Shown: in pieces, positions 1-9,114 of the stretch
Layout: each line of letters opens with the position of its first letter
Numbering within the stretch: position 1 is the first letter of the stretch
Source of the DNA: an archaeon
Lineage (GTDB): Archaea; Asgardarchaeota; Thorarchaeia; Thorarchaeales; Thorarchaeaceae
Reading direction: 5' to 3'
Length of the DNA stretch: 32,000 nucleotides
NCBI GenBank assembly: GCA_024275415.1
Contig: JAJRZD010000020.1
Location: forward strand, 1 to 32,000
The notes under the pieces: generated by a model
Told to the model about the DNA's origin: nothing
Databases searched by the model: none
What the model saw: the letters and a program-made list of their open reading frames with translations, nothing else
Position numbers and translations under genes: made by a program

Positions 1-300
1 AGCACTACGCTGTCCGATAGAGTGGAGTCGTTTCTCTGCATGGTGTGGATTGGGACATAGAACGATCGCTCGTGCTCTGAAATCAGAAACCACTCGATTA
101 AGCACTGAGATCTCTGCGATCTCCAACCCCTCATCGAAATCATTTGTTTGTAGTATCTGACTTTCTCCTCTTATGAGACCACGCTCGACCGCCTCCTTCT
201 GGAATTCTGTAAGCTGTGCAACCCCTTGCCTCCGTAGAATCTCCAACAATCGAGGAGAGGTATGCATCAATTCCAGCTCCCTTAATGTGCTCAAGGTCAT
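1..300 (-). CDS. Partial (runs off window start) Ski2/Hel308-like SF2 helicase-fold protein with degenerate Walker A
   Basis: Not in the ORF track. Manual translation from ATG at 300 (preceded by AAAGGAG) is open to base 1: MTLSTLRELELMHTSPRLLEILRRQGVAQLTEFQKEAVERGLIRGESQILQTNDFDEGLEIAEISVLNRVVSDFRARAIVLCPNPHHAEKRLHSIGQRSA. It has a Q-motif-like LTEFQKEAV..G and a motif-Ia-like RAIVLCP, but no GxGKT. Confidence 0.6.
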   Translation of the reverse strand, partial: MTLSTLRELELMHTSPRLLEILRRQGVAQLTEFQKEAVERGLIRGESQILQTNDFDEGLEIAEISVLNRVVSDFRARAIVLCPNPHHAEKRLHSIGQRSA

Positions 301-556
301 TGGTCTCCTTTATCAGAAATATACATTTGTTCTTTTAGTACATTACTTTTCCTATAGGTGTGCTATTTTTCGAATAAATCATCCTTTTATATTGATTTTG
401 TTCTATAATTCGAAGTGTGCCATTGGTCGCCCTCCCAATACAGTACAATCCTCATCATTCGCACATAACATAAGAGTAATTATTCCCCACTTCACAGGAC
501 AAACCATCCTAAACACCGAAACAGGTCACATCCCTGTTTCACGAGGCTTGGATGTA

Positions 557-1297
557 ATGGCTTTCGTAGCAACTAAAGATAGCAGCTTCAAGGTAATACT
601 AAAAGAAGGGTTCAAGATCAAACCGGGCTCCGTGTTCATATGCGGGTTCCATGGCTTAGGCGAGGTCGGATTCCTGAGCACTGCACACCTTACTCGAACC
701 CTAGAAGCAGAACGGATTGGATTCATCAAGAGCGATATGTTACCTCTTTTCGTGTCAATGGAGAACGAGAAGCTTCTTCTTCCCTTCGAGCTATACTTCT
801 ACGAAGAGAAGGACATGGTCTTTTTTGTCCCAAGGTTTCAACCTCACCAAAGTGAGCAATGGGGATTCATTGAACGGTTGGTAGACTGGATAGTGGAGCA
901 GAAGTTCGCAGAGGTGTTACTTCTTGGCGGGTTGGACTCCAGCTTCAAGGAAGATGAAGAGGATATGAGGTGCGTTCCTACCAGCTCGTATGCAGATCGA
1001 CTTGAGAAATGGTCAGTGCCGCTTCTTGAAGAAGGGCTCTTCGTTGCAGGACCATTAGCGCTGTTGCTTGCGGAACTGGAGATACGCAGTGCCCCAGGCA
1101 TAGGGCTTCTCACATACGCGACACGAGGAAGACCTGACCCACGTTCAGCTGCGACAATGCTTGAGAAAATCAACGAGGTCTATGGTGTCAGCGCCAATGT
1201 GGACCAGTTGATCGAGGAGAGCAAGGAGATCGAACGATTGGAGAAGATGCGCAAGTCCATTGAGGCTGATGCTGATCCATCCCAGATGTACCTCTAA
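557..1297 (+). CDS. PAC2-family proteasome assembly chaperone (PbaA/PbaB-like)
   Basis: Motifs GFHGLGEVGFLSTAHL, LLLGGLD and GPLALLLAE; C-terminal HbYX motif (MYL). True start is probably ATG 557 (MAFVATK); the ORF-track extension to 173 crosses an AT-rich promoter region and the divergent gene. Confidence 0.85.
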   Translation: MAFVATKDSSFKVILKEGFKIKPGSVFICGFHGLGEVGFLSTAHLTRTLEAERIGFIKSDMLPLFVSMENEKLLLPFELYFYEEKDMVFFVPRFQPHQSEQWGFIERLVDWIVEQKFAEVLLLGGLDSSFKEDEEDMRCVPTSSYADRLEKWSVPLLEEGLFVAGPLALLLAELEIRSAPGIGLLTYATRGRPDPRSAATMLEKINEVYGVSANVDQLIEESKEIERLEKMRKSIEADADPSQMYL

Positions 1298-1305
1298 GGA
1301 CAGAG

Positions 1306-1336
1306 AGAGGGGCTATAAAGGATCATAGACCCCTCT
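1306..1336 (+). terminator. Hairpin downstream of the PAC2 gene
   Basis: AGAGGGG-CTAT pairs with ATAG-(A)-CCCCTCT, 9 nt after the stop codon. Confidence 0.3.
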
Positions 1337-1417
1337 GTTAGTGGCTATAAATAAAAGTACGAAGTTCACAGAGAAAGCATCAGAAATAGACATGACCTGA
1401 AAACAGAGGATTGATAA

Positions 1418-2629
1418 ATGACGGATTACGATGTAATTGTTGTAGGTGGAGGCCCTTCAGGATCAACTACTGCCAGAAGAGCATCTCAGCATGGGCTTTC
1501 AGTGTTACTGCTTGATAAAGCAGAATTCCCGAGGTTGAAGCCTTGTGCAGGAGGCATCACTGAACCAGCAGAACAGGCATTAGATTTCAGTCTCGAAGAG
1601 GTCTTTCAGAGAAGAATGTATGGCCCGATGCTTTTTGCACCCTCTGGACTCAGGGTTGATTGCACACGTCCAAAAAGAACTGGAGGGATGGTCATGCGAG
1701 AAGATTTCGATAATCTGCTACTTCGGAAAGCAGAGGAGGCAGGTGCCGAAATCAGAGAAGGTGAAAAAGTGACAGGTGTTGTTGAGTCTACGAATAGTGT
1801 GCAGGTCAAAACCTCAGCAGGAAAACAGTATTCAGCCGCCTATCTTGTAGGTGCGGATGGAATCAATAGTATAGTAGCAAAACGCCTTGGGTTCTATGAT
1901 GGGTGGAGAGGAGAAACAGCAGCTGTGGCGATAGAGGTAGAAGCAGAAGTGGATGAGGAAACCGTGACCCGTATCTGTGGAGTGCCTTATGATGAGGAAG
2001 GCGCCGCATTCCACATCTATTTCGGTCCTGTTCCCTATGGCTATGTATGGTGTTTTCCAAAACGATCGGTATTAAGCATGGGGGCAGGGTGCCGACAGGA
2101 CAAAGCACAGAATATGAGAGCCAACTTCAATGCATGGTTTGAAGAGTTCAAGAAAAAACACAACATCCAGCCAAAGATACTATCAGATACATCAGCAAGA
2201 CTGCCGTTTTACGAAGCTGCAAAGACCACGGTGAAAGGGAGAGCACTCGTAGTCGGCGATGCAGCAGGCTTTGTCAATCCCTTTGACGGTGAAGGGATAC
2301 AGATGGCGGTCAAGTCAGGGGTGATCGCTGCCCAAGCACTCCAAGAAGCTGTCGAGTCAAATGATCCGAGTAACCTTATGAACTATGAGAAGCGGTGGAA
2401 ATCTCAATTCAATGATACTCTAAAGGTAGGGAAACGTATTGCGTCACTCTTGTTCAAGAGCGAGAAGAACATGGAAACAATCTGTAGGCTTGGAGCTGAG
2501 GATGAGGTCATCAATGAATTGATGTACAAGCTGATAGCAAGTGAGGGTTCATATGGTAAACATTTCAGAGATCTGATCAAAAGAATCCTTCTCAAACATC
2601 CGAGAGCTGGTCTTTCTCTCTACCTATGA
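1418..2629 (+). CDS. Geranylgeranyl reductase family FAD-dependent oxidoreductase (DGGGPL reductase-like)
   Basis: N-terminal Rossmann motif DVIVVGGGPSGS, plus KPCAGG, GADG, YVWCFP and VGDAAGFVNPFDGEGI. Confidence 0.9.
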   Translation: MTDYDVIVVGGGPSGSTTARRASQHGLSVLLLDKAEFPRLKPCAGGITEPAEQALDFSLEEVFQRRMYGPMLFAPSGLRVDCTRPKRTGGMVMREDFDNLLLRKAEEAGAEIREGEKVTGVVESTNSVQVKTSAGKQYSAAYLVGADGINSIVAKRLGFYDGWRGETAAVAIEVEAEVDEETVTRICGVPYDEEGAAFHIYFGPVPYGYVWCFPKRSVLSMGAGCRQDKAQNMRANFNAWFEEFKKKHNIQPKILSDTSARLPFYEAAKTTVKGRALVVGDAAGFVNPFDGEGIQMAVKSGVIAAQALQEAVESNDPSNLMNYEKRWKSQFNDTLKVGKRIASLLFKSEKNMETICRLGAEDEVINELMYKLIASEGSYGKHFRDLIKRILLKHPRAGLSLYL

Positions 2630-2643
2630 GAATTGAACAGGGT

Positions 2644-2913
2644 TCATAGGACTTGGTGAGTGAGTGGGCACTCGATGTTAGCAGACCTTGGCCGCCAATA
2701 CACTACCCAAGTCCCATCGTCGGTACGTGAGATGTGAACGTGGTTCTTCATGCTGAGGAATTTAGCCTGTTGGATTGCCTCGACGCTCTTCTCATATTCT
2801 CCATCCAGTCTGTAAAGCTTGCCGCCTAGCAATCTCCATTTGTCAGCTGCCTTGGTATCCAGTATTGTGATGACTTGAAGAACTCCCACAAATCTGTTCT
2901 CGTCATGATGCAT
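2644..2913 (-). CDS. Hypothetical small protein (89 aa)
   Basis: Fills the gap between the reductase and tRNA-Val; protein-like composition; no recognisable motif; start uncertain. Confidence 0.5.
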   Translation of the reverse strand: MHHDENRFVGVLQVITILDTKAADKWRLLGGKLYRLDGEYEKSVEAIQQAKFLSMKNHVHISRTDDGTWVVYWRPRSANIECPLTHQVL

Positions 2914-3093
2914 TTAATCAATGCTCTCATTGAGATGCGGCAGGAACGATGGTCTGGCCCGATTGTGATACTGCATTGGCTTGCATAGATGTAGTCCATG
3001 TCCGATTACATCATGCGATATCCGCTGGTGGTGTTTTCTTTGTACTCTGACACAATCCTTTTATTTGCAATACAGCCGAAGAGATGATGGCAT

Positions 3094-3171
3094 GGGCCGG
3101 TGGTCTAGCCCGGCTATGATACCGCATTGACAGTGCGGTGGTCACGTGTTCAAATCACGTCCGGCCCACCA
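3094..3171 (+). tRNA. tRNA-Val(GAC), CCA encoded
   Basis: Acceptor GGGCCGG/CCGGCCC, anticodon arm CCGCA-TTGACAG-TGCGG, T arm ACGTG-TTCAAAT-CACGT, 3' ACCA; TATA-like CTTTTATTT about 30 nt upstream. Confidence 0.97.
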
Positions 3172-3984
3172 CTTTCGCGGAATATCCTTGTCCGAGTACA
3201 TTTATCCCTACGCTTGAATTCCTCAAAGATCTCGGAAGCTTCTTCCGTTCTTCCTAACTTGTTTACCGCAACAGATAGCCATACCCACGCCATTGAATTT
3301 TCATATCCACAGTCAATAGAACGTCTAAACAAGTTCTCTATCTCAGCCCAATCTCGGAAGAAAAGCGCCATCTCTCCACAGTGAAACCATGTTTATCCAT
3401 AGAGAGGATTCAACTGGGCCGATTGAGTCAGAACTTCCATCGCTTCATCTAATAGATCATATTGGTCTAATGCATCTCGTTCTTCTCCTAGGAGGATGAT
3501 TATTACTTCCGCTAAACTAGTGAGAAGCTCATGATTGAGAGGAACCAGTCGAAGCTGCTCTTAATATCCGGACTGCATCACGAAGCCTATCATGACGCAT
3601 GAGGAATCTGCCATAGTCTGCTTGGATTTCTGAAAATTCTGGGGCAATTTGAGCCGCACGATAAAGTGCGCGTTCAGCCTCTTTCAAGTCGCTCTTCTCG
3701 GTTAGCAGGAGAGAGATGTTGTGCAGCGCCTCTTCATTGTCCAGACCCAATGCCAAAGCTTCGTCCAAAGCCTCAAGACCTTGCTCAGGCTCATTAAGCA
3801 TCATGTAACAGAATCCGACATCATTGTAAACTACTGGGTCTGGCTCTGTCATCTCCATTACTCGGCCCAACACATTGATAGCTTTTCGATATTCACCATT
3901 TGCCACAAGTCCCTGAGATGTTTCATACAGCCGTTAGAACTCTCGAAGTAACGAGATTGAATACTCGGGGTCATCACTACTCAT
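3150..3984 (-). pseudogene. Disrupted tetratricopeptide-repeat (TPR) protein gene
   Basis: GGAGGT SD then ATG 3984: MSSDDPEYSISLLREF*(TAA 3936-3934)RLYETSQGLVANGEYRKAINVLGRV... TPR helices continue to a frameshift near 3550 (into RLVPLNHELLTSLAEV...), then a second TAA (3395-3393), then TWFHCGEMALFFRDW... The ORF-track pieces 3529..3906 and 3150..3371 are fragments of this gene. Confidence 0.8.
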
Positions 3985-4205
3985 CGTCCCACCTCCAGTA
4001 CCACCCAAGACAAATTGGTGACGATACAGAAGAAACCATGGAATCCAGCTTATACCTGCATGCTTTGTTCGTCAACAGAGAAGTCAGAATGTAGTGTTGA
4101 TAGGACAAGAAAAAGACATACATAACCTACCTTGTTCCTGCTACAGGTGGTTGAGCAACAGGTTCTGCAAACCTAACTCGTACCAGTCCGCTCTGCACTT
4201 TGGTC

Positions 4206-4283
4206 AAAAAAAGAAGGGACACGACCCCACAAGATGATTCAAAAGCAGGATATTCTTGTTTCCGCAATCCTTGCAAGGTCGTG
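4206..4283 (-). terminator. Long 3'-UTR stem-loop plus T-tract after copA
   Basis: On the minus strand CACGACCTTGCAAG pairs with CTTGTGGGGTCGTG (14 bp including G-U), followed by GATT/AATC and GCGGA/TCCTGC helices, then GTCCCTTCTTTTTTT. Confidence 0.55.
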
Positions 4284-4301
4284 GTTTAGGAGCGGGCTCC
4301 C

Positions 4302-6950
4302 TTATGTTCTTACATCTGCATCTTTGTATTGAGCAGGGTTTTCGTCAAAGGTCTTCTTGCAGACAGCTGCACAGAAGTAGTACCTCTTACCATCATAGTC
4401 GCTGTAGAGTTCTGCTGTTGCAGTGTCCACATCCATCTTGCATATCGGATCGACTGCTACCACAGGCTCTGCCGTTTCGGAGGGTTCATGATCCGATGTG
4501 TCATCATCATGCTGTCCTGGAGTGTATCTACCTAACAACAACGAGTTCGTAACGACGCTGACACTTGAGAATGCCATTGCAAGAGCAGCAAATTCTGGCA
4601 CTAGGACAATGCCCGTGGATGGATACAGTACTCCAGCTGCAAGGGGCAGTAGTGCAATATTATAGACAAGAGCCCAGAAGAAGTTCTGTTTGATCTTCGC
4701 CATGGTCTTCTTTCCTAATTTGATTGCTTCTACAACATCTATGAGATCATCCTTCACTAGTACGATATCGCCTGTTTCCACAGAAACATCAGTGCCCGAA
4801 CCAAGAGCGATCCCTACGTCCGATTGTGCTAGGGCAGGAGCGTCATTCACTCCGTCACCAGTCATGGCAACCACTCTGCCTTCATCTTGTAGGCTCTTGA
4901 CCTTGCTGGCCTTGTCACCCGGCATCACTTCTGCAAGTACGTTGTTGATCCCAACGGATCTTGCTATCGCACGGGCAGTGCGCTCTTTGTCCCCTGTGAT
5001 CATCAGGACTTCAATGCCCATCTTCTGAAGCAGTGATACTGCTTCTCCGGAGCTTTCCTTTAGGGTGTCTGCTATGGCCAGCAGTGCTAACGGCTTCCCG
5101 TCCTTGCCTGCATAGACTGTAGTCTTGCCTTCCTCTTGGAGGGTCTGAACCTGCTCTTGGAGTTCGCTAATGTCAATCCCATTATCTGTCATGAAACGAT
5201 CATTTCCAATGAGGATGGTTGACCCCTCAACGACCGCACTGACGCCCTGTCCAGTAATCGAGATGAACTCTGTCGATTCCGGAATTGAGATGCCCGCGGC
5301 CTCAGTGTATTGTACGATTGCCTCGGCTAGAGGATGCTCGCTGTTCTTTTCAACTGCAGCGACAAGTCGTAACACATCGGTAGTTTCGACATCTGCGGCG
5401 ACTACCACATCTGTGACGGTGGGCCTTCCGACAGTGAGTGTGCCTGTTTTATCGAAGACCACTGTGTCCACTTTTGGAATGAGTTCGAGACCTGCACCAG
5501 TTTTGATAAGGATTCCATGCTCAGCTCCAGTACCGATTCCGACCATGAGCGATGTAGGTGTTGCAAGACCTAAAGCACATGGACATGCGGCAACAAGAAC
5601 TGCAATCATGAAACTGAGTGACAGTACCCAGTCAGGTATGAGATACAACCACACAAGGAAAGTTGTAGCAGCCAAGACCATGACTATTGGGACAAAGACT
5701 CCAGCAATTGCGTCAGCCTTACGCTGAATAGGGGGTTTCTGTGTCTGTGCTTCTTCTACCAAGCGAACAATCTGGGAAAGAACCGTGTCCTGTCCAACCT
5801 TGGTCGCTTTGATCTTGAGTACACCATTCTTGTTGATAGTGGATCCAATCACAACATCACCGGTCTTCTTGCTCACAGGGATTGACTCCCCGGTGACCAT
5901 GGACTCGTCAACTGACGACTGGCCTTCGATTACCTCACCATCAACTGGAATCTTCTCACCAGGTCTTACAAGGAGTATGTCATCCACCTCAACATCCTCG
6001 ATGGGGATTGTAATCTCTTCACCATCGCGGATGACTACCGCTACCTTAGCTTGGAGATCCAGCAGTTTTCTGATAGCCCTCGAAGTGCGCCCCTTGGCGA
6101 ATGCTTCTAGGAACCTACCTAGGATAATGAAGGTAATCAATAGAGCTGCAGTGTCATAGAATGCGACATAACCTACCAGTACAAAGGTTGCTGCAACGGA
6201 ATAGAAGTATGCCGCGCTTGTCCCTAGCATGATCAGTGTGTCCATGTTCGCCTTTCCATGTCTTGCTGCCCGAAAGCTCGACTTGTAAAACGGATAGCCA
6301 GCAATGAACTGAATTGGTGTTGTTAGTATGAAATTCATGACTTCTGGAGAAACTCCCGGAGGAAGAAATGGACTCAGTATTGCTGGCGCCAGAGTCAGAA
6401 TGAGAACTGGTATACTGAGCACGAGAGAGAAAATGAGTAGCCTCATATAGTAACGAATCTCACGCCCACGTGCTGAAGCCTCCCGGTCAGCCTCAGTAGC
6501 ACCATGCTCGGATGCCTCAAAACCGAGTCTTTCCAGTTCACGTCGCACGATTCGAAACGTGACCAAACTATCGTCATATTCCACAAGCAGTCTGCCCTTA
6601 TCCTCAAAGGCCCTGACATCGATGACACCATTGATGCCCTTGACTTGCTCAATTATTTGTTCCCATTGCTCTGCACTTGGCTGTGGAGTCAGTGTGATCA
6701 TCATTCTTGCTCGTACAGCTCGGTATCCAGTGGATTCTATTGCCTTCTCTAGGGCGGTTCGATCAATCTTATCTGACCGGTATTCCACAAACGCTTTCTC
6801 ATCGAGTAGGTTCACCGAAACTCGGATGACACCATCTTGGTTTGCAATAGCCTTCTCAATGGTACTTACGCACGAGGCACAATGCATCCCTTCGATTTTA
6901 AGCGAAGCTTGTGTTTTATGGTCAGAAGCCTCAACTGTCTTATTCATCAT
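4302..6950 (-). CDS. copA: Cu(I)-translocating P1B-1 ATPase with N-terminal HMA domains and C-terminal YHS/TRASH domain
   Basis: HMA GMHCASC; TGES; CPC; DKTGT; SEHPLA; GDGVNDAP; Cu(I) ligands YN and MAFSS; C-terminal DPICKM...YYFCAAVC. Confidence 0.95.
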   Translation of the reverse strand: MMNKTVEASDHKTQASLKIEGMHCASCVSTIEKAIANQDGVIRVSVNLLDEKAFVEYRSDKIDRTALEKAIESTGYRAVRARMMITLTPQPSAEQWEQIIEQVKGINGVIDVRAFEDKGRLLVEYDDSLVTFRIVRRELERLGFEASEHGATEADREASARGREIRYYMRLLIFSLVLSIPVLILTLAPAILSPFLPPGVSPEVMNFILTTPIQFIAGYPFYKSSFRAARHGKANMDTLIMLGTSAAYFYSVAATFVLVGYVAFYDTAALLITFIILGRFLEAFAKGRTSRAIRKLLDLQAKVAVVIRDGEEITIPIEDVEVDDILLVRPGEKIPVDGEVIEGQSSVDESMVTGESIPVSKKTGDVVIGSTINKNGVLKIKATKVGQDTVLSQIVRLVEEAQTQKPPIQRKADAIAGVFVPIVMVLAATTFLVWLYLIPDWVLSLSFMIAVLVAACPCALGLATPTSLMVGIGTGAEHGILIKTGAGLELIPKVDTVVFDKTGTLTVGRPTVTDVVVAADVETTDVLRLVAAVEKNSEHPLAEAIVQYTEAAGISIPESTEFISITGQGVSAVVEGSTILIGNDRFMTDNGIDISELQEQVQTLQEEGKTTVYAGKDGKPLALLAIADTLKESSGEAVSLLQKMGIEVLMITGDKERTARAIARSVGINNVLAEVMPGDKASKVKSLQDEGRVVAMTGDGVNDAPALAQSDVGIALGSGTDVSVETGDIVLVKDDLIDVVEAIKLGKKTMAKIKQNFFWALVYNIALLPLAAGVLYPSTGIVLVPEFAALAMAFSSVSVVTNSLLLGRYTPGQHDDDTSDHEPSETAEPVVAVDPICKMDVDTATAELYSDYDGKRYYFCAAVCKKTFDENPAQYKDADVRT

Positions 6951-7013
6951 ATCACCTTCCTAATTGGAATCTTAACTATACTGACTTTCTGTAGAAGGTA
7001 GTATTTATCCTTT

Positions 7014-7084
7014 GCGATATATCTATGGCGATATATTTATAGGCATTTGTGTGTTGGAATCTATAGCGGTCTAGATATATCTAC
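7014..7084. promoter_or_regulatory. Repeated palindromic GATATATC-like motif between divergent copA and YHS genes (putative operator)
   Basis: GCGATATATCTAT (7014-7026), GCGATATATTTAT (7028-7040) and the perfect palindrome TAGATATATCTA (7072-7083). Confidence 0.5.
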
Positions 7085-7120
7085 CATGATATGTCCACCG
7101 TGTAATGGAGATGATATGAA

Positions 7121-7267
7121 ATGGCAAAAGATCCAGTTTGCGGAATGGAAGTTGATGAGAGTACTGCTAAATTCACTTCAGAACATATGGGCAAGAAGTT
7201 TTACTTCTGTGCTCAGATGTGTAAGAAGAAATTTGACGAGTCTCCCATGAAGTACATGAAGCACTAG
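7121..7267 (+). CDS. Stand-alone YHS/TRASH domain protein (48 aa), putative copper chaperone
   Basis: Not in the ORF track. Manual translation: MAKDPVCGMEVDESTAKFTSEHMGKKFYFCAQMCKKKFDESPMKYMKH*. GGAGATGA SD upstream; DPVCGM...FYFC...C signature. Confidence 0.9.
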   Translation: MAKDPVCGMEVDESTAKFTSEHMGKKFYFCAQMCKKKFDESPMKYMKH

Positions 7268-7355
7268 TATCAGCACCTCTCTGGAATCGGATGGTCATCC
7301 TACCTGTTATCACATTTCTCCTCTTCTTGAACCCCATCCGATTCCTCCCTTATTT

Positions 7356-7886
7356 TCAGAAAAACATACCTGCGCGTTCAGGAAATCGTTTTCTGAACAG
7401 GTCATGCGCGCTCTTCTCAAGTGAGCGTTGCACATTTTTAATATCGGCATGCATGTCTGTCAAGTTGGGGCGAGTGAAGATAGGGCCAGAAAGAAGTAGG
7501 TCAACATCAACAGTTGATGTGTCATGCGGTGAAACAGGAGTTCTCTTGATGATTGATTCAAGGTTTGACTGAGCTGCTACAGGATCGGACATCGACTCTA
7601 CAAGCTTTTGAACATCCCGTTCATCGAGGGGACGAAGTCCATACTCCGGCGACTCACGCAGTCCTTCAACAATTGAGTTTGTATCGGAAAGTTCGATTCC
7701 GGCCCCTGTGAATTCATAAGGGCTAAGTGGAATCAACTGTAGTTGGAATGCTGAATCGGGACCGACGACGATAATCTCTCCTCGTGGTGTGGTTAACACT
7801 CTCCAGCCTCGTGGAGTGTCTAAGTACTGTTTGAGGATGCGTGGGACAATCTTATCAGCGGGCTCAATTCCAGTCAATGTTCTCAT
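7356..7886 (-). CDS. Conserved archaeal hypothetical protein (176 aa)
   Basis: Clean ORF; PRGWRV...PYEFTGAG resembles, from memory, an uncharacterised archaeal family; not verified. Confidence 0.7.
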   Translation of the reverse strand: MRTLTGIEPADKIVPRILKQYLDTPRGWRVLTTPRGEIIVVGPDSAFQLQLIPLSPYEFTGAGIELSDTNSIVEGLRESPEYGLRPLDERDVQKLVESMSDPVAAQSNLESIIKRTPVSPHDTSTVDVDLLLSGPIFTRPNLTDMHADIKNVQRSLEKSAHDLFRKRFPERAGMFF

Positions 7887-7976
7887 TACTACCTTCGAGT
7901 GTTCCCAAGATATTCTTATCGCTAGAACCGGTCAGCACGTTTGGCGCCAAATGTGGTCTTGATTGAAATCTTCCGA

Positions 7977-8348
7977 CTAAGGCCGAACCATAAGAGTTTC
8001 TCCAAGACTTGCAGTGGAAGCGATTCCGCCACGTACAAGCCCACACTCAGAACGTAATGATTCGATAATCGCAGATATCTTGTCTTCAATAACATCTGCC
8101 TGTACGTCCCAACTGAGCCGAGGGTCGAATAGATCCTCATAGCTGAGTGTGTAGGAGAAGTTCAATGAAACTCCTCTAATGCTAACGCCAACCGCTGTGA
8201 AAGTCACCCTTCGTAGGCGTTTCTTATCGTCTAGAAAAGGGCCTCGATAGTAATCGGGACGATATGTTACTATCGCTGCTTTTCTCGCGTAGTGCTCAAA
8301 GTCCTCGTATCGGTCCAGAACAACAGGCTGGATCATGTTCATTTCCAT
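7977..8348 (-). CDS. Hypothetical protein (123 aa)
   Basis: Clean ORF co-directional with 7356..7886; AGGTGG SD upstream of the start. Confidence 0.65.
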   Translation of the reverse strand: MEMNMIQPVVLDRYEDFEHYARKAAIVTYRPDYYRGPFLDDKKRLRRVTFTAVGVSIRGVSLNFSYTLSYEDLFDPRLSWDVQADVIEDKISAIIESLRSECGLVRGGIASTASLGETLMVRP

Positions 8349-8380
8349 TCATTTCGCCACCTTTTCACCGGTCCATTAAA

Positions 8381-8428
8381 GGAACCCCCCTCACCCGTTC
8401 ATTTCCACTGGAACTTCCGGGGGGTTCC
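8381..8428 (-). other. GC-rich stem-loop in the 5' leader of the 7977..8348 gene
   Basis: 10-bp perfect inverted repeat GGAACCCCCC (8381-8390) / GGGGGGTTCC (8419-8428) with an inner GTTC/GAAC helix. Confidence 0.5.
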
Positions 8429-8477
8429 TGCTCTTGCGCGCCTCCCAGCGGGCACTCATACACTATAGTATGTTTTA

Positions 8478-8496
8478 CTATATATAAATATTTTTG
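8478..8496 (-). promoter_or_regulatory. BRE/TATA-like promoter
   Basis: Minus strand reads CAAAAATATTTATATATAG inside a very AT-rich block, about 130 nt upstream of ATG 8348. Confidence 0.45.
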
Positions 8497-8589
8497 TATA
8501 TTTATTTTATTAGATATTATCTTATGTTAATGTGTTGGAACACGTGTTCCAAATATAGTAGGTAAAAGATGGATGGGATGAAGTGTGAT

Positions 8590-9045
8590 TCAGAAGGATT
8601 CACAAATACGGCGAATCCTACGAATCTGTACGAGTTTCACATAGGCAAAGTACTCGAAGAGCCTACTTACTACACGGGATTTGGCACGGGCGGCAATTGA
8701 CAGAAAGAAGGTATAGCCTTTGACCTCATGGTCGAGAGCCTTGTTGCAGACGAAGATACGGGGATCGGTTTCCTCACGAGAAAGGTCAAAAGGAGTTGAG
8801 TCAGGATCTTCGGACAAAAGGTCAGCATCGGAAATCTCAGAAAGTTCCTCACTTATACCAAATCGCATCATATTACGGATTTTTTCAATCAGTTCGGATT
8901 CAGTTTCAGCAAGGATCTCAAGGAGAGCACGTACTTGAGGCGTTTGGACACCCATGGCAGCCCTGTGATAGTACTGATAGTGATTGGAAACAGTGGTCAG
9001 GGCAATTTTTAACATTGCTTCCACAGGATTCTTTTGAGAACTCAT
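8590..9045 (-). CDS. Ferritin-like/rubrerythrin-fold protein lacking canonical diiron ligands (paralog A)
   Basis: Four-helix pattern ALxxx...YxxxA...LLEILAETE repeated twice; shares REETDPRIFVCN and VVSRLFEY with the neighbouring gene. Confidence 0.65.
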   Translation of the reverse strand: MSSQKNPVEAMLKIALTTVSNHYQYYHRAAMGVQTPQVRALLEILAETESELIEKIRNMMRFGISEELSEISDADLLSEDPDSTPFDLSREETDPRIFVCNKALDHEVKGYTFFLSIAARAKSRVVSRLFEYFAYVKLVQIRRIRRICESF

Positions 9046-9114
9046 TGCGCGGTCACTATTACTTCACACACTTGTTGAAATGGTTTTTCATGACCACTCT
9101 TTGTCAGTGAGATG

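Noticed and set aside
173-556. 128-aa N-terminal extension of the PAC2 ORF in the ORF track
   Set aside because: It overlaps the divergent gene at 1-300 and an AT-rich promoter; PAC2 similarity begins only at ATG 557.
2618-2629. Geranylgeranyl reductase ends in LYL (HbYX-like) right after a PAC2 gene
   Set aside because: Most likely coincidence; no other evidence links this lipid enzyme to the proteasome.
4220-4283. copA 3' hairpin as a SECIS element
   Set aside because: No AUGA/GA non-Watson-Crick core on the transcribed strand, and copA has no in-frame TGA.
3900-4552. Short + strand ORFs 3900..4094 and 4256..4552
   Set aside because: They overlap the TPR relic, the copA end and the terminator hairpin; no SD or motif.
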